DNA of 61,765 bases, counting the filler, from Platydemus manokwari (lineage: Eukaryota), in the NCBI GenBank assembly GCA_037951405.1. It is 4 parts of 4 records of this genome, joined end to end, with 100 filler letters (N's around TTAATTAATTAA, not from the genome) between each part and the next. Parts side by side here need not be neighbours in the genome. Positions count along the whole stretch, not along the records: positions 22,838 to 31,735 come from JBBMOY011332650.1; positions 31,836 to 48,513 come from JBBMOY011152548.1; 2 more parts are not named here. One strand, given 5' to 3'. Below, one piece after another: positions 22,838 to 37,669 of this stretch. Each line of letters begins with the position of its first letter. Position 1 is the stretch's first letter. A program made the position numbers and the translations under genes. The notes under the pieces were generated by a model. It was given only the letters and a program-made list of their open reading frames with translations, was not told where the DNA came from and searched no databases.

Positions 22838-25800
22838 GTTAAAAGCACATTCCGTCATAATATTTATTTGAAAAAACTGCAATCAACCGCCAATCAATTA
22901 TTTAAACAAACACCTTGTGTTTATATATTTAATCACGTTACTAGTAAGAAATGAAATCTAATTCAGTTTCCCATAATTACATAAATTTTAATTGGCTATT
23001 TTAAAAATGTTTAAAATTATTATAATCTCGCGTTTACAAAATAAATCTTTTTAATAATCCTCGCAGACAGCAATGGACAAAGTTAATTCTTTCAAATTCA
23101 GTAATTCAATTCAGTACATTGTTGTATTCAGTGTCTACATGATGGTTTCCTTAAATTTAATAATTCCAGTGATTAACTGATTTTTCTAGTATTTAGATTT
23201 TTTACAATAGTATTATATACAAGTTTCAAATGTTTTGGTGATTTGTTCATATCCAAATTGAAGGTTTTGCTTCTTATAGACAGTATGATCACATACTAAT
23301 TTTATTTTTCATAAGTCAATTCTGCTACTTCTTTAACTTTTTTCTTTTGTGAGGAGCGTATATGATTTGATAAAATTAAGTTTCAATTGATTTCGAAAGA
23401 TTTCGAACAAAGGACAATCTATACACCAAAAGATATTGAGAAAACAAAAAGGGGACTTGTTTTTCCTCAATAACCCGTTATTATGTCTATGTGGACCTGT
23501 AAATATTTATATTCTTACAGTATCGGATGATAACTATAGTTCATTCCCAGTCCGAACGTATCAAAATCGTTCATTCCATGAAACAAATTATTTTTGGATA
23601 TCTATTCGCTAATCGTACGATTAATTGTTGAAGAATTAGCTCAGATGATGAGTGTTTACTCTTTTATCGGAATAAGTTGTAGACCTTAGCTAATGTCATA
23701 CAAATGATCACTGTCAAAGAGCTCCGTGCTGAAATTTATATTTTGAAATTAATTGGAGACAGTGACAGGAATTATGAATAATCTGTAATGATAGACAACT
23801 TACCATATCAGGAGCTTTATCCAACCTGTATTAAGGCTATATTATCATTCTATCCTACCATTTAATTGAACAGAACGAAGTTCATAGGTAATTCAGAAAG
23901 AATTAACCACAAAATTTGATATAAGACAATTATTCAAAAATAATGAGTTTCATCATAAGGTTGCCTACAGTTCTACATGGAATAGGCACTAAATTTTAAA
24001 TAAAAACCCAAGAATGGGCAGTGTTATCAACCTGGCATCCACGAATCAACACTCAAGCCACACATTAGAAAATCTATCAAAAAGAGGCGCAAGAAGACAC
24101 CAAAAATTAAGATAAATCACAGAAAGTGTGATAGGGAAAATATAAATGTGACACAGTATTTGGACAAATAAGTGAGTTCAATTAAACCTCGAGTAAATAA
24201 ATTAAAATTAATCAAAATTTCTAAACCCTAAGAGGAAAATCGTTCTACCTGGACTTGTATGATGAAATAGGTACAATAATTGCTCCTGTTCCTTCACCGT
24301 TTCCGTTATCTAATTAGTGCCAAGTGGATCTTTAATTTAGCTTTACAACAATATATGCAATACGGGACTGTGCCAGACGTCATAGGAAAACCACTCAACT
24401 ATGAAGGAAGTGGAGCTCACCAAATTATCATAATTTATGTAGATTATCGGTAGGCATGCTATCAATATCTTATTTCCACACTCTTACAAACGTGTGTATC
24501 TATATGGAACGACTCGTCCAGTCACCTTATATTTTGCAGGAGTATTGTAGCATGTTGGGCTTGAGTTCAACAATATTCTCTACATTTCTACCGTCCATAC
24601 CTACAAATTATCTACCTTTCTAATATGTGAAATTGGATATAAAGATATTTACAATATCATTAATACCCCTTTTACAAATGTCATTATACAGGCATTATTG
24701 TTCCACAGAAATCTATTATAAATGATCAAGTCATGGACAAGCCATGTTAATTACTGCTCAACTAGTAGCCACTAACATATACACTGCAATGGGAATATAT
24801 TAATCAATTTTTGTCAAATTCACTATGTGTAACATTGGAAAAATGAAGTCGAATCTGAAATCTGGCAAAAATGTTATATCATCGGTCAGTGGGATGAAGC
24901 CCTGCAATTAAAAAGATAAACCAAATAATGAATCAGAAATGCTAGTAAGATTAAGAATATCTGGCACAATAGAAGCACACAAAATACCGACACTAAACCT
25001 ACTAGAAGTATGTGATATAGATTATGAATCCATAAACCAAACTCAATTTAAATTTAATTGGATCTAGCAGCTAGTAGTTCTCAAAATTGCCAAAAATGAT
25101 AACACGGATTGTTAACTACAAATACGGAAGATGAGATTAAATTAATAATTAATTAATAATAATTAAAAATAAAAAGAAGTTTAAATATCGTATACCGCCT
25201 CCAACACTCAATAAACCAAATATCATTAAGGGAAATTCGTTAGTAACTTTAAAAAATCTTAAAAATAACTCAACGACGAGACATTGCAGGTTTGGCTGCC
25301 ATTTAGTCAAATGAAGAAAAAACAAATAAACCAATTACTATATCCACCGAGTTCGTCAATCAAACAAACAAGAAACAGTAAAGAACTTAATACTGAAAGG
25401 GCTGAAGAAACCCTTGTAATGCCGAATGAATGAAAAACTATTCCTGAAAAGACAAATTGGTTGATCAATCATCCTTGAAAAAAGCAGATGGTACATTGCT
25501 GGAATAAAGTATACAAGCAAAAGAAATGCAGAACATTCAATATCAAATTTCGGAATAGATTACTTGAAAATCTGAAAGCAAAATGTATCAATAGTAAAGC
25601 CTCAAAAATGATCATCGCCATAGTTGATACAGCATCAGACGTGGATATCGACTCTAGGTCCAAGGCTATTTAGCGATTCTAATCTTTGTACAGTGATTTA
25701 CATAAACTTTGAACTTTTTATAAGGTTCATAAATTTTTATCTTACTTAAAAATATCATTGGCCCGTATGAATACTGTAATATTAGCTTTCCTCAATTGTA

Positions 25801-26669
25801 AACATTGTATATTATGTGCTTTACTTTAGACATTTCCCAACTAAAAGAAATTATTATTACAATACAAAATTAGAAAAAATTATAGAAATAATAAATTTTT
25901 CAAAATTTATCGATAATTCGAAAATGTTCGAATTTCCATAATTAGGCTTTGTCCCAGATGAATCAATCGATTTCATTTTTTTCGAAACATAAAGAGACCA
26001 ACAGAAAAGTAGAACCAAAGAAATCTAATCAGATAGATAACCAAAAACTCAACGTGTTACCTAATTTCAGGCTTCGTTTTCGGAGAATCCGAACAAAGCA
26101 ACATTGACCATTAAATGAAAGACCTTGTTATTAATCACAAAGACAATCTCGCCAAAGATATTTACACTATTTAAGCAGACCTTTTGAAGACATAAGTTAA
26201 AAAAAATCAAAGAGACAGGAACCACATGAGTATCTTTTTCAGGCAATTAGTCTTATCCAAATATGAATTTCATTATCGCAAAAATTTATTGGAGAAGTCC
26301 CTCGCTACAAATTTTTCCATAAAAAATATAAAATATATTTAAAATTTAGTTTTTAATCTTTAAAACTTACTTTTCAATTTATACAAAGTTTACATTGACT
26401 GGATGGGTTGATTGAAATAATAGAAATAATAATTATTATTGCTTTCTATAATGTATTTAGAAATAATATTTCAGAAAGATTGATAAGAAATTGTTTACAT
26501 TATACAGACAATTTATAAATAGAAAGCTTTACAATTGAAATAAAATTAAAACTTCTTGTAAAATAATTTAATTTATTTTATCCAATAAAATGAAAGATAA
26601 TTAAAATAAATTAATTTTTTTGTATTTAACTGACAATTAGAGATTAGAAAAATTAGAAAAAAATATATA

Positions 26670-27545
26670 ATGGAAAGTAATATAATTGAAGTTGAATGTC
26701 CCATTTGTTTGTGTGTCATTAAGGAGTCGATAGCAATATTAGATACATGTCGACATCAATTCTGTTTATCATGTATTACAGAATGGTTAACAGAAAAATC
26801 TGTTTGTCCTATGGATCGAACAGAAATATCAAGAATCATTTCACACTCTAATGATGGTGTTCATTCCATATTATCTTTGAATGATATTCACAAGAATTAC
26901 ATATTATCAATGACGAAAGAAGGATATCAATTGATTGAAGAAACACGAAATGTTTTACAAAGTCAATTAGATATTCTATCATCAGAGAAATTATTTATTT
27001 TTGATAGAATTAACATTATTGAGAAAGTGATTTCTCGAATACGCTTCATAAATGGAAAAATATTGAAATATAAAACATGTAGGAATAACATAAGAAAATA
27101 TTCTTTAGAAACTCGTCTAATAATCTCAAAAGAGTTAATAACATGTATGAAAGAATTCTATAGAATACATAAGTTATATCGTCAAAATTTGGCAATCTCA
27201 AAAAAATTTGACGAATACTTAATAAAGTTAGAAAATGTCGAAAATACTGAAGAGATAGAATCGATAAGCGATGTCTACACGACTTGTAGAAGTTTAGCAG
27301 ATGGAGTTTCTTCTATATATAACTTGTGGTTTATAATTAAATTGTTAATGAAAGATGCTATAGCTTTGTATCAATGTTTCTATCCTTTGTTGCGACCAAA
27401 AAGAAAGGAAAATACATTGATATATATAAGACCCAATAATTATTCAGGTCTTGAAAAATTCAAATATTCTTTAACACAGATGACTTCGATCATATCGAGA
27501 AATATTTCCCATGTAAATCAACTCATGGAGCAAAGCAGTTATTAA
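26670..27545 (+). CDS. Intronless RING-HC (C3HC3D) finger protein, putative E3 ligase
   Basis: CPIC-x13-CRHQFCLSCITEWLTEKSVCPMDR with Asp as the 8th ligand (PHRF1/SCAF11-like CPxDR), followed by a long helical region; 291-aa uninterrupted ORF. Confidence 0.85.
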   Translation: MESNIIEVECPICLCVIKESIAILDTCRHQFCLSCITEWLTEKSVCPMDRTEISRIISHSNDGVHSILSLNDIHKNYILSMTKEGYQLIEETRNVLQSQLDILSSEKLFIFDRINIIEKVISRIRFINGKILKYKTCRNNIRKYSLETRLIISKELITCMKEFYRIHKLYRQNLAISKKFDEYLIKLENVENTEEIESISDVYTTCRSLADGVSSIYNLWFIIKLLMKDAIALYQCFYPLLRPKRKENTLIYIRPNNYSGLEKFKYSLTQMTSIISRNISHVNQLMEQSSY

Positions 27546-27722
27546 ATTTTGTAAGTAATACATTTTTACAAAACAATACTTTTGTTCTTTACTCAAAAAT
27601 TATATTTGCTAATTATATTATAAATAATGAATTTATTTTATAAAACAACAATCCACATTGAATATACTGTCTCTACAACTTTGAGGATTTGGTTTTATTG
27701 AGTGTTGTCCATCCATTCCTTA

Positions 27723-27997
27723 AATTTCAAAATTAAAATTTGTCTCATTAGATTTGTTTATATTTTTTTATCAAAATATAAAAATTCCCACATTATTTCT
27801 TTTATAAAAAATTTTCAATTTTATTTTAATAATTTTCATACTGCGAGTTTAACATTATACTTTCTTGGCTTTAATAAATGTGGCTATTTATTTTTAACAT
27901 AATTTTTGAATAAGTTTTTGAATGATGCAAATTTTAATTATTATTTTAATTATTTTAGTTATTAAAAGATCATTTTGGTTCCTTTAAAATAAACCTT
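27723..27997 (+). repeat. Dispersed ~290-bp AT-rich repeat, copy 2
   Basis: Collinear with 16481-16775. Confidence 0.75.
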
Positions 27998-28152
27998 GTG
28001 TTTTTAGTAGCTTTGCATTGCTTTTCTGATTGAATATTTCATCACATAGCTTCCATTTCATTGATAATCCCGACTGTAACTGTTTTTGTGTGAATAGGCT
28101 GATTTCTGATTTTGTTTCTTAATCCAATTCTTAAATATTTATAATAATAATA

Positions 28153-28320
28153 TGCTGAGTGAGACGAAATCTTCCTTGCACCGATGGCAAACTGCCAGTT
28201 GGATGTGAAGTTTTGGTTACGTTTTTTGAGACATTGTTTTGAGTTTTAAAGTCCTAGTACTGATTGAAAGTTGAAAGCCAAGTTTTTGTTGTAATTTTGT
28301 GATACTTTGTGAGTCGTAAT
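28153..28320 (+). repeat. Partial (internally deleted) copy of the 350-bp dispersed repeat
   Basis: tgagtgagacgaaatctt and tggcaaactgccagttgg / gttgaaagccaag match both ends of 8995-9350. Confidence 0.55.
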
Positions 28321-28906
28321 GTTAGAAATAAAACTTGCAACCTTCGATTTTGGGAGTTAGGAATTATTTGGTTATTCAGAATACAGAAGTGAATTCTTAC
28401 TGATTTCGATTCTTTTTGTTGTTAAGCAGGTGTGATCTATTTTGAGTTGTGACGCAGCTACTAATTATAAATTTGTACCCAATTTGTACGCGATAAAAAT
28501 TTTAATAACCTTTTATAATTATTTTAATTTTATTGGCTTTAGATTCTGTTTCTAATTCAAAAAAAATTTAAGATTACATTTTTAATTTTTAGTTAGTGAG
28601 TTAATCTTTTATAAATGTCATATGTTTATGTCTGTATTACATAACATTTTATTGTGTTTGCATTTATTTGTGACTATATTCAATCGATGATCTTTAGTTG
28701 TGTATTTATATTTTATGCCCAACACGTCTGATATGTAAATAAAATGTATTAATAAAAAGGGTAAATAAAACTTATTCATTTTTTTTAATTTAATTATAAT
28801 TTGTTTTAACCGACTATGTAACAAAAGCAAGCAACCAATCCAACAATAGATTTATGAACACCAAAAGCTGGCAAAACATAGGAATTAGAAGAAAACCAAA
28901 AATAAA

Positions 28907-28968
28907 TTACGTTTTTTTGTTAACTGCAACTATATAAAAATATAGTTGCAGTTAATAAAAAAAAGTAA
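28907..28968. repeat. Inverted repeat / hairpin with a perfect 16-bp stem
   Basis: ttaactgcaactatat (28920-28935), loop aaaa, atatagttgcagttaa (28940-28955); extendable by T7/A8 pairing. Confidence 0.85.
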
Positions 28969-29479
28969 AACTACGAAACAACAGGCAAACACACACGATG
29001 AGTCTATAAAAGGAGTTGAATCTCATGAGAATTCACCAATAATCGTTAAATTATAATCGGTAACTTTCTATCTTTAGGAGATCGTTCTGATGATCAATTT
29101 CTTACCGTTTTTATTTCCGTCACTGTTAAATCTTTTGCGTGCTGTTAACTGACTTTGTTTGTTTGATCCTGATTTAGAGTGAGAATACTGACAATTTGAT
29201 TTTCAAAGTGAAAATTCAGCATTAGCAACATCAACAGACTTTTAAATGACCAGATAGACAGGGGTTTTCTTTTTAAAGCTTCTTAATATATAATTAATTC
29301 ATAATTATCAAAAAATAAGACAAAAGTAATAAAAAATAATCATAAATAAATAAAACCAAATTGCAAACTAAGAAAACAAATATTCGAAAATCAACAGTAG
29401 TGCCACTATGCAAAAATAGAGAGACAAACTTTGCTTCATCTTCACCGTTACAGTCTCAATGTTTATATTTCGAAAGTGA

Positions 29480-29850
29480 ATAAATCATGTATATCGTGGT
29501 AAATTGGGACACTGTACTTACACAAAGCAACATGCTCCAACCCGTTCTTTGAGTATTTCTTGTCTGTCTTCTTAATAATCTTTAAATTCCTGACTATTGA
29601 CAAAGCCGTTTTATAATGTGGAACACACCTTCATTATTTCCCAGGTTCACCAGGGTCGATTTCCCAAAGACATATTGGGCTTCTAGATTCCATCACATAA
29701 TTTTTAGGGACTCCGGGATTGGATGTCAATGTAGACACTGAATTAGTCGTTGAAACTAGCCTCAATTTTCTAGCAAATCTGATCATTCGGAACCAACCGA
29801 CACAAAATCAAGCACGATGTTGCTTTAAGCAAAATCCCAAGATCGATAGT
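29480..29850 (-). mobile_element. Degenerate hAT-like transposase C-terminal fragment
   Basis: Interrupted reading EIDPGE..HYKTALSIVRNLKII and EDRQEILK resembles the C-terminal pattern DP..W...Y..A...V..LKVVND / E...Q.LL of hAT-like transposases. Confidence 0.35.
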
Positions 29851-30471
29851 CTTTTTTACGTAATAAAATCCACTTGAAATGTATTACTATATTTTTCAAA
29901 TTACTAAATAGTGACAGTATAATGCTAATAAATATTAATGATTGAACTCAAAGCACAACGATAAAAAAGAAAAGAGGATCGATGATAACGTTGTTGTTGT
30001 AGTATATTGAAATAACATAATAAATAAGTTTTGTTGGTCTTAGAAGTCCTTAAATTTTTACATAAAAATTTTAATGGTTAACATGCGAGGAGATCAATTA
30101 TTAATCGCATAATTTGTGCTAATAAAATAAGTTAATAACTTTACAAAATATTCTAAGATTAAGATCATCAAAATTTAGTCCCAAAAATTCTTAGAAAATA
30201 GAATTTTAAAATGGGTAACAGGGTTATTTAAAATTTTTTAAAATCAAACATCTTGATTCTAAATTTCAAATAAACGTAAAGAGTTTTTAATTTTTAATTA
30301 TTTGAATTCACTTTAAATTATTGGATCATGGGTGCAAAATTTGTTTTATTCATTTCAATAATCAAAAATTGTGTTTAATTATACAGCCTGATATACTTGC
30401 TGTTGTACTATCTAGATGTACTATCTGTTGTACTAACTGATTAAATTTCTAATTTTATTATTTAAGTTGGA

Positions 30472-31346
<875 letters not shown>

Positions 31347-31441
31347 TAGCTAATTGAAATTATCTATAATCTACCTCTTCAAATTAACCTCTTCAATGTA
31401 CATTATGTGTAATCGTGTGTATTAAATCATAATCTATAATT

Positions 31442-31569
31442 TGTGACCAATATGCTAAAGTTGATTTTTTTTCAGTGACTAACATGTGACTAATATGATA
31501 AAATCGATTTTTTCAGTGACTGCTATGTGACTAATATGATAAAGTTGATTTTTTTTAATTGACCTAATA
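31442..31569. repeat. Minisatellite, ~3 x 41-43 bp, in the PRPS intron
   Basis: Unit tgtgac(t/c)aatatg(a/c)taaa...gatttttt.cagtgac starting at 31442, 31485, 31526. Confidence 0.8.
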
Positions 31570-31735
31570 CTAAGTGGTTCTGTCCATCTATTGAGATATA
31601 TCAATTTATCAAATAACTTGATTCCTAAGGCATCAAGTGATTTAAAGGGTTAATATTGATATATTGTCAATTTTATAATTACAAATTTTTCGTTAAGTAT
31701 TGAAAGGCGTATGTTTGATAAATAATTAATATTGT

Positions 31736-31835
31736 NNNNNNNNNNNNNNNNNNNNNNNNNNNNNNNNNNNNNNNNNNNNTTAATTAATTAANNNNNNNNN
31801 NNNNNNNNNNNNNNNNNNNNNNNNNNNNNNNNNNN
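31736..31835. other. Artificial contig spacer
   Basis: N44-TTAATTAATTAA-N44. Confidence 0.95.
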
Positions 31836-34800
31836 TTTTTTAACTCGAGAAATTACAGTAATGTTTTGAGCAAATAGAAATATAAAATATTTTTGATATA
31901 ATCATTTGGAAATATTTTTTAATTATTAATGATAACCTTTTTACATTTGAATTATTTTTAGTATTGTAAAATACACCTAACAGCGATCAAAGAGCGTAAA
32001 AATTAAAAGAAATATAATAAAAATTAATTTAAATAATAACAATATTAATAAAATATTAATTGATGAATTAATTAAAAAGATCTCATCACAAAAAATGTTC
32101 AAACTGAATAGAAAGTTTACTTAAGATTCACCAAAATAAAATCCCAAACCAAATGAACCATTAATAAACATAAAAATAAATAAAAAATATTTTAATATTT
32201 AATCTTGATCTTCTGAATAATACCAAATAATTCTTGACTGCATAATTTGCAGCACCTGATAGCTAATTTAATATGAAAAATAAAGAAAAAACATATCTCT
32301 TAACATGATTTTCCTCTGGAGTGATCTCACAATGAATCGATTTAAAAACAAAAAAATCAAATTTTTATCTACTTTATTTGATTAGTATTTTCTCCTTACA
32401 ATTTATTTTCTAAAATAATTTATTTTTGCTGATTTTCCTCTCATAAAAAATCAATTCTCCGAACCATTCTGTTCACTATTCCACCAAAACAGGCTCAAAT
32501 CCATCGATTTATTAGCATGTCATCAATAAATTCAACTTTATTTATATGAGCCTTTGTCCTTTTGTAAGGCTTTTCAATCTATTTAGTCTAGAACTTCATC
32601 TATGTCGCTCTACATTATGCTCGCTCTTCATTGTACTCGCTCTACAAGTATTACCTTTATGTTAATTAGTTTTGTTTTCGAATAATTAAAAGAAAAATAT
32701 CAACAACAATGATGATAATAAATTGAATCTGTGTAGAAGCACTTCAAATATATGTTAATAAGGGAGATATAAATTGAAAAAAAAATAAAATTTACAATTT
32801 TTATTGTGTTAATAGAATTTGTGATGAATATCATGCATACTGAACCAAACACTGTTTAGGTTTCGAATTATATCGCCAGTCTTTAAATTCCTTCTTCACT
32901 ACTGTGAGCATTTTAAATAGAATTAAGATTTCGAAAGATTTAATTTAAGATAAAATTTGATTCTGTAAATTTTTTTTCAAAAATCAAATCAACTTGTTAA
33001 AATAATTTTAGTTAAATAGAATTGGATTTCGTGACTTTTCACTTCGTTTTTAAAATAGTACCTGCTTACAACTATAAAGCTAAATTGAATATTGAAAGTA
33101 TTTGTTTGGCGACGATTTTATTATTTTAAAATTTTTTCGCTAATTTTCTGAAATCTGACAGACATACACTTAGTCTATTTTTTGGCCAAATAAATTTTAC
33201 GACAACAAAAAAACAATTTCCCACTGTTTTGTATTTGATATGGGAAAATCAAAATGCTCAGTGATCTTGTTTGTGATCAATTAATTGTCCACCATTGAAT
33301 GACTATAATAAGCAGCAGAAATTATCGGCCAGCCAATAAATTCTCTCCCGAAATTTAAACTAAAAACAATAATAAAGCTTTCTAATTTCATCTATTAATT
33401 ATCTTGCGGATAAATCTAAACTTTTATCCATCAGAAGAATGATTAAATAAATCTATTACAGAATAGCATTCGTCGGCCGAAACATGATCTGGGAATTTCA
33501 TCGTCTAAAATGTCCATAATTCCGAAAATTTATTTCACCGAAACATTCAATTAATATGATGTTATTAAAAGGCAATCTCATATTTCATTCCTGTTTTCTT
33601 TACATTCGGGAATTGTATGTTAATGCCTCTATTAGACTAACTTTAAATTTATTGAGCCTGCCTACTACCAAGATGGGTTCAGCAAAATTATCACAAAGAC
33701 TCGATTTCGTTTCGTGTTTAAATATTTATTACTTCACGTCTACTCTCAAAGGATGTAATACGATAGAGTTAAATTAAAGTCTCTCATATGTTATCGAAAA
33801 TACTGTTTGTTTATTTTTTCTGATTTTTATAATTACAAAATCAATTGCTGTGGAAATATATTTTATCATTGCATGTTGCATGAAAAAACAAAATTATAAT
33901 AAGATACTTTTCACCATTGTTTTTATCAAATAAATCACTTGTTTAATCAGAAAGTTCTTTAGAAGAATTTATTGATTGATGAAGATTATCTGAATATATT
34001 TTCATTTACAAGCACGGAAATATCATTCGGTTATTTATTTTATTTATATTTGTGGTTGAATTTATGTTGTCATTAAATTTTATTGGAGAAATAATCATAT
34101 TTTAAACTCCGTCGTCAGTCATAATATTTTTATTAAACTTTCGCTATTAATATATAATAATCTCTTTAAGACCTTCTCCAATTCTTCGGCTATTCTGTGA
34201 TCTTGTTTTTAGTGAATCTTGAAACTTCATATACACGTGACGTTTATATCAAAATGTTTAAATTCCCCCAATGGTCCTTTGTATTTATATTATTGTTTAA
34301 ACTTTTGTGACAATCTTTCGTATCAATCTTTTCTTCCTAATTTTAAGAATTATGTCTCTTTTATCTCTAACTATCATAGTAATATCCGAATTTTCACTTT
34401 CATGTCCCTAGACATATTCTGAATATGGGGTAATTTTGTAGTGTTCTGCTGTTTAGCATTGATGCAAAATTCTATCTATGGAAGAAGATCAATCCAGATT
34501 TTCATCCGTTTGAATGGAGCGTTTATCCAGTCAACTGGACTATCAAATTAAAATTTTCTCTTAGCTTATTAGGTAGTTAGGAATCGATCAGGAAATTTAT
34601 TGATTTTCGACAATTTATTTCGAATTTAGTTGAGTTATAAAATTCATAAATAACTGATTGTTTCATTTTATAATTTTTAAAATAAGAATTATTACAAATC
34701 ATGAAATCAAAGCCTTCTTCAAGTTAAACTTTAATATTGATTTATTTAATATTGATTAATTAATAATTTATTTATATTTCTGACAAAATTCCATTCAATT

Positions 34801-35623
34801 AGGTTGTACATTTTAGTCCTTGTTAATCAATATGTTTGGCTTATGCATTTAGTTTCGGGATTCTTAGTTCTCTTTTCTAAATGATCTTTATAAAAATAAT
34901 TTTGATTAACAAAGTTATTAATCTGTCTTTATTAACTGACTGTATTTAAAGGAAATATAAAAACAAAAAACATAAAAACTTATTGAAATCCTAAATTAAG
35001 CCTTACAATAAGTACTTACAAGCCTCAAACCCGAGGCTTTCTTATTAACCACCAATCTTAAGGCGGTCGATTAATAAGCACTGATAAAAATAAATAAAAA
35101 TCACAATCCTTTAATTACAACATATAAAGAATGGCAAATGGCTAATCACTGTCGTCCGTTAGGTTTGAACAAGAACAAAGAATGACAATCGAATTAAAAT
35201 ACATCGAAATAAAAAAACAAGTAGCTACTATATTGAACGGGTTTATTGAAGAAGTTTCTAGCCGTTGTCGGTGAATTCACTCTGTTTTTATCTTTTGATT
35301 CCTGATTCTTTTTCGATTTTGATATTGCTTTGATTTTTGGTCTTTGAATATTAGAAATTTGACAGACATGTTGTTAGTTATTAATTTTTGGTTAAAAATA
35401 GCATTTTATATTTCACAATTTAATAGATATTTATTCGATATTTTCTCTTATTTAATCTAACTAATAGTTCAAAATAATAAAATTAGAATTATATTTCAGA
35501 TTGATGACTGTTTTATTTTTTATCCGATCTATTTTTCTGAATGAAAATATGATGATTTAAATTCGATTAAAGATTTTCTTGATTTTTAAGAGATAATAAA
35601 ACTTATTTATTTCTGTAATTAAG

Positions 35624-36380
35624 GTATATTGCTATTTGTCATCCACTTCATCGGATTCTGAACATTTCCAAAGCAACCTCAATAATAGCTATGATTTGGA
35701 TTTCATCCGCTATATTATTACTTCCTTGGGCTCTTTTCTACAAAATCAATATAGAGGTCATTCAAGTTAATTCCAGTTCCTTACAATCGGTTAATCTGAC
35801 GAGAATCTCTTGTATTCAAGATTGGCCTGTGGATGATCAAGAAGGGAAAAATTATTTCATTTATGTCATTTTCATTACATGCTACATTATTCCACTGTTT
35901 CTGATATCAAGTTTCTATTTTGCTATTGCATCTCGAGTATATCGAAGAGCCAATTCAAATTCTAATCACGGCAAAAGTAAACGAATTCCTCTGATAAAAG
36001 TGTCATCTGGTGGAATAAGTCGAACGAAATCTATTAGAATCGTGAAAATGTTAGCCATTGTGGTTTTCATATTCGCAATTTCCTGGTTACCTGTTTATTC
36101 GGCATTTATTTACTATTATTACTCCGACAAAGCAAAATGGACTGCGGAGTTTTCGATGATATTTTATAATTTTCTAATACCGATTTTCCAATTGATTTCT
36201 GGTACCAATAGTTGCATCAATCCATGGATCTATTGTCTGTATTCACAAACCTATCGAGATGGTTTCAAGCACGTCATCATTTGCAAGAAGGTTACTGTTG
36301 TTGAACGAACGAAAACCAGTGTTTCATTGTCAGATAAATCAAAGCGAATTACGATGCATAAATCCGAAACTAACGTCTGA
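35624..36380 (+). CDS. Class A (rhodopsin-like) neuropeptide GPCR, terminal exon (end of TM3 to TM7); NPFF/SIFamide-receptor-like
   Basis: Phase-2 acceptor inside (D/E)R|Y, then YIAICHPL, TM4 IWISSAILLLPW, ECL2 CIQDWP, TM5 CYIIPL, TM6 KMLAIVVFIFAISWLP, TM7 NSCINPWIY. Upstream exons not identified. Confidence 0.9.
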
Positions 36381-37669
36381 TGGTTAATAAATTTATAAAT
36401 GAATTATTATTTTATCATTTGGAGATTACTCATTAATTTATTACTGATTACAGATCAAATCGATGTTATAGAAATAGATATTTTTAATTAGAATATTTTA
36501 TATTTCATATTTCGAATGTACAAAATGGTGACATCCTTTTCTATTTATTTATTGTTGTTAATTGTTGGTCTTTTGTCAAGTTCATTCTCGATATAAGTTG
36601 ATATTGAGAATTAAAATTTAATTGATAAATACAGACGATTTTTAAATATGTCATTTTTCATTTCAATTATGCAGAATAAACGATGTCAATGGACTGTTAA
36701 AGAAATCAAATACAATGGCAGTTCATTTTCAAAAATACCGCCAAATTTATTCGTAACTATTTTGGACTGTGATTATTTGTTAAAGTTAAAAGTAAATATC
36801 CTATCCCAACTTAAAATACAAGTTTATCATTGCATAGAAATTTTTCGAAGTTATATGTGAATTTACATGATTGAATGTATAGCAACTAATTGGGTATTGT
36901 ATTCGTTACTTTGGTGGTATTTAAAAGAAAAAATAACCTATTAAAAGTACTAAAAAGATGTTTGTGACATGCGTAGGCCGTTACATTTTATAAATTACGT
37001 ACTGAAAACGACTGGAAAATCATGCCACAAAACATTATATTTAACTACATTTATTCATATAATATCTTTTGATATCAATTTATAAAATCTTTTAAATTTA
37101 AATATTAAATTCCTCATATCATTCTCTCTTTAGGATCTTTGACTTTCTCTGCATTCCTAATGATTTCTTTTATAGAATTCTTTAGTTATTTATTGAAATG
37201 AAAATTTTAATTTCTTTTCTCTACTTTCTATTTTCTTTATTTCTACTCTAAATGCTCACTTTATTTTATCCATATCTTTTTATATCATTTCTATATTTTA
37301 TTTGTATCTTTCTCTTTCCTTATGAAAACAAATGAAAAGCCAAGAGACAAAATAATATAGTTAAGTAAAATTATATAAGTAAATTAATATCTTTTGACAT
37401 TTATAAAATCTTAAATTTTAATTTCCTTTTTAGACTGATAGATGCATTATATATATATATTGTTGTGTGCCATATCCGATTTGAAAGTCTGGTATTCAAA
37501 AAGGATAGTGAATTAGTAATTTGAAAATAATTGTTTACGCCGCCAAAGCTATTCGATAATATTCCTTGCGAACTCAGTAAATTTATTTTTTATCATCAAA
37601 TGGCTTACTGAAATTATTTTTATCCTTAAAAATTTTGTATAAAAAAATGAAATCCCTATAAAAAGGAAT

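Noticed and set aside
23500-25680. Ty3/Gypsy pol relic
   Set aside because: Only faint motif echoes on opposite strands; probably decayed TE sequence but not assignable.
31442-31569. CRISPR-like array
   Set aside because: Contiguous tandem units without unique spacers, in a eukaryotic intron.
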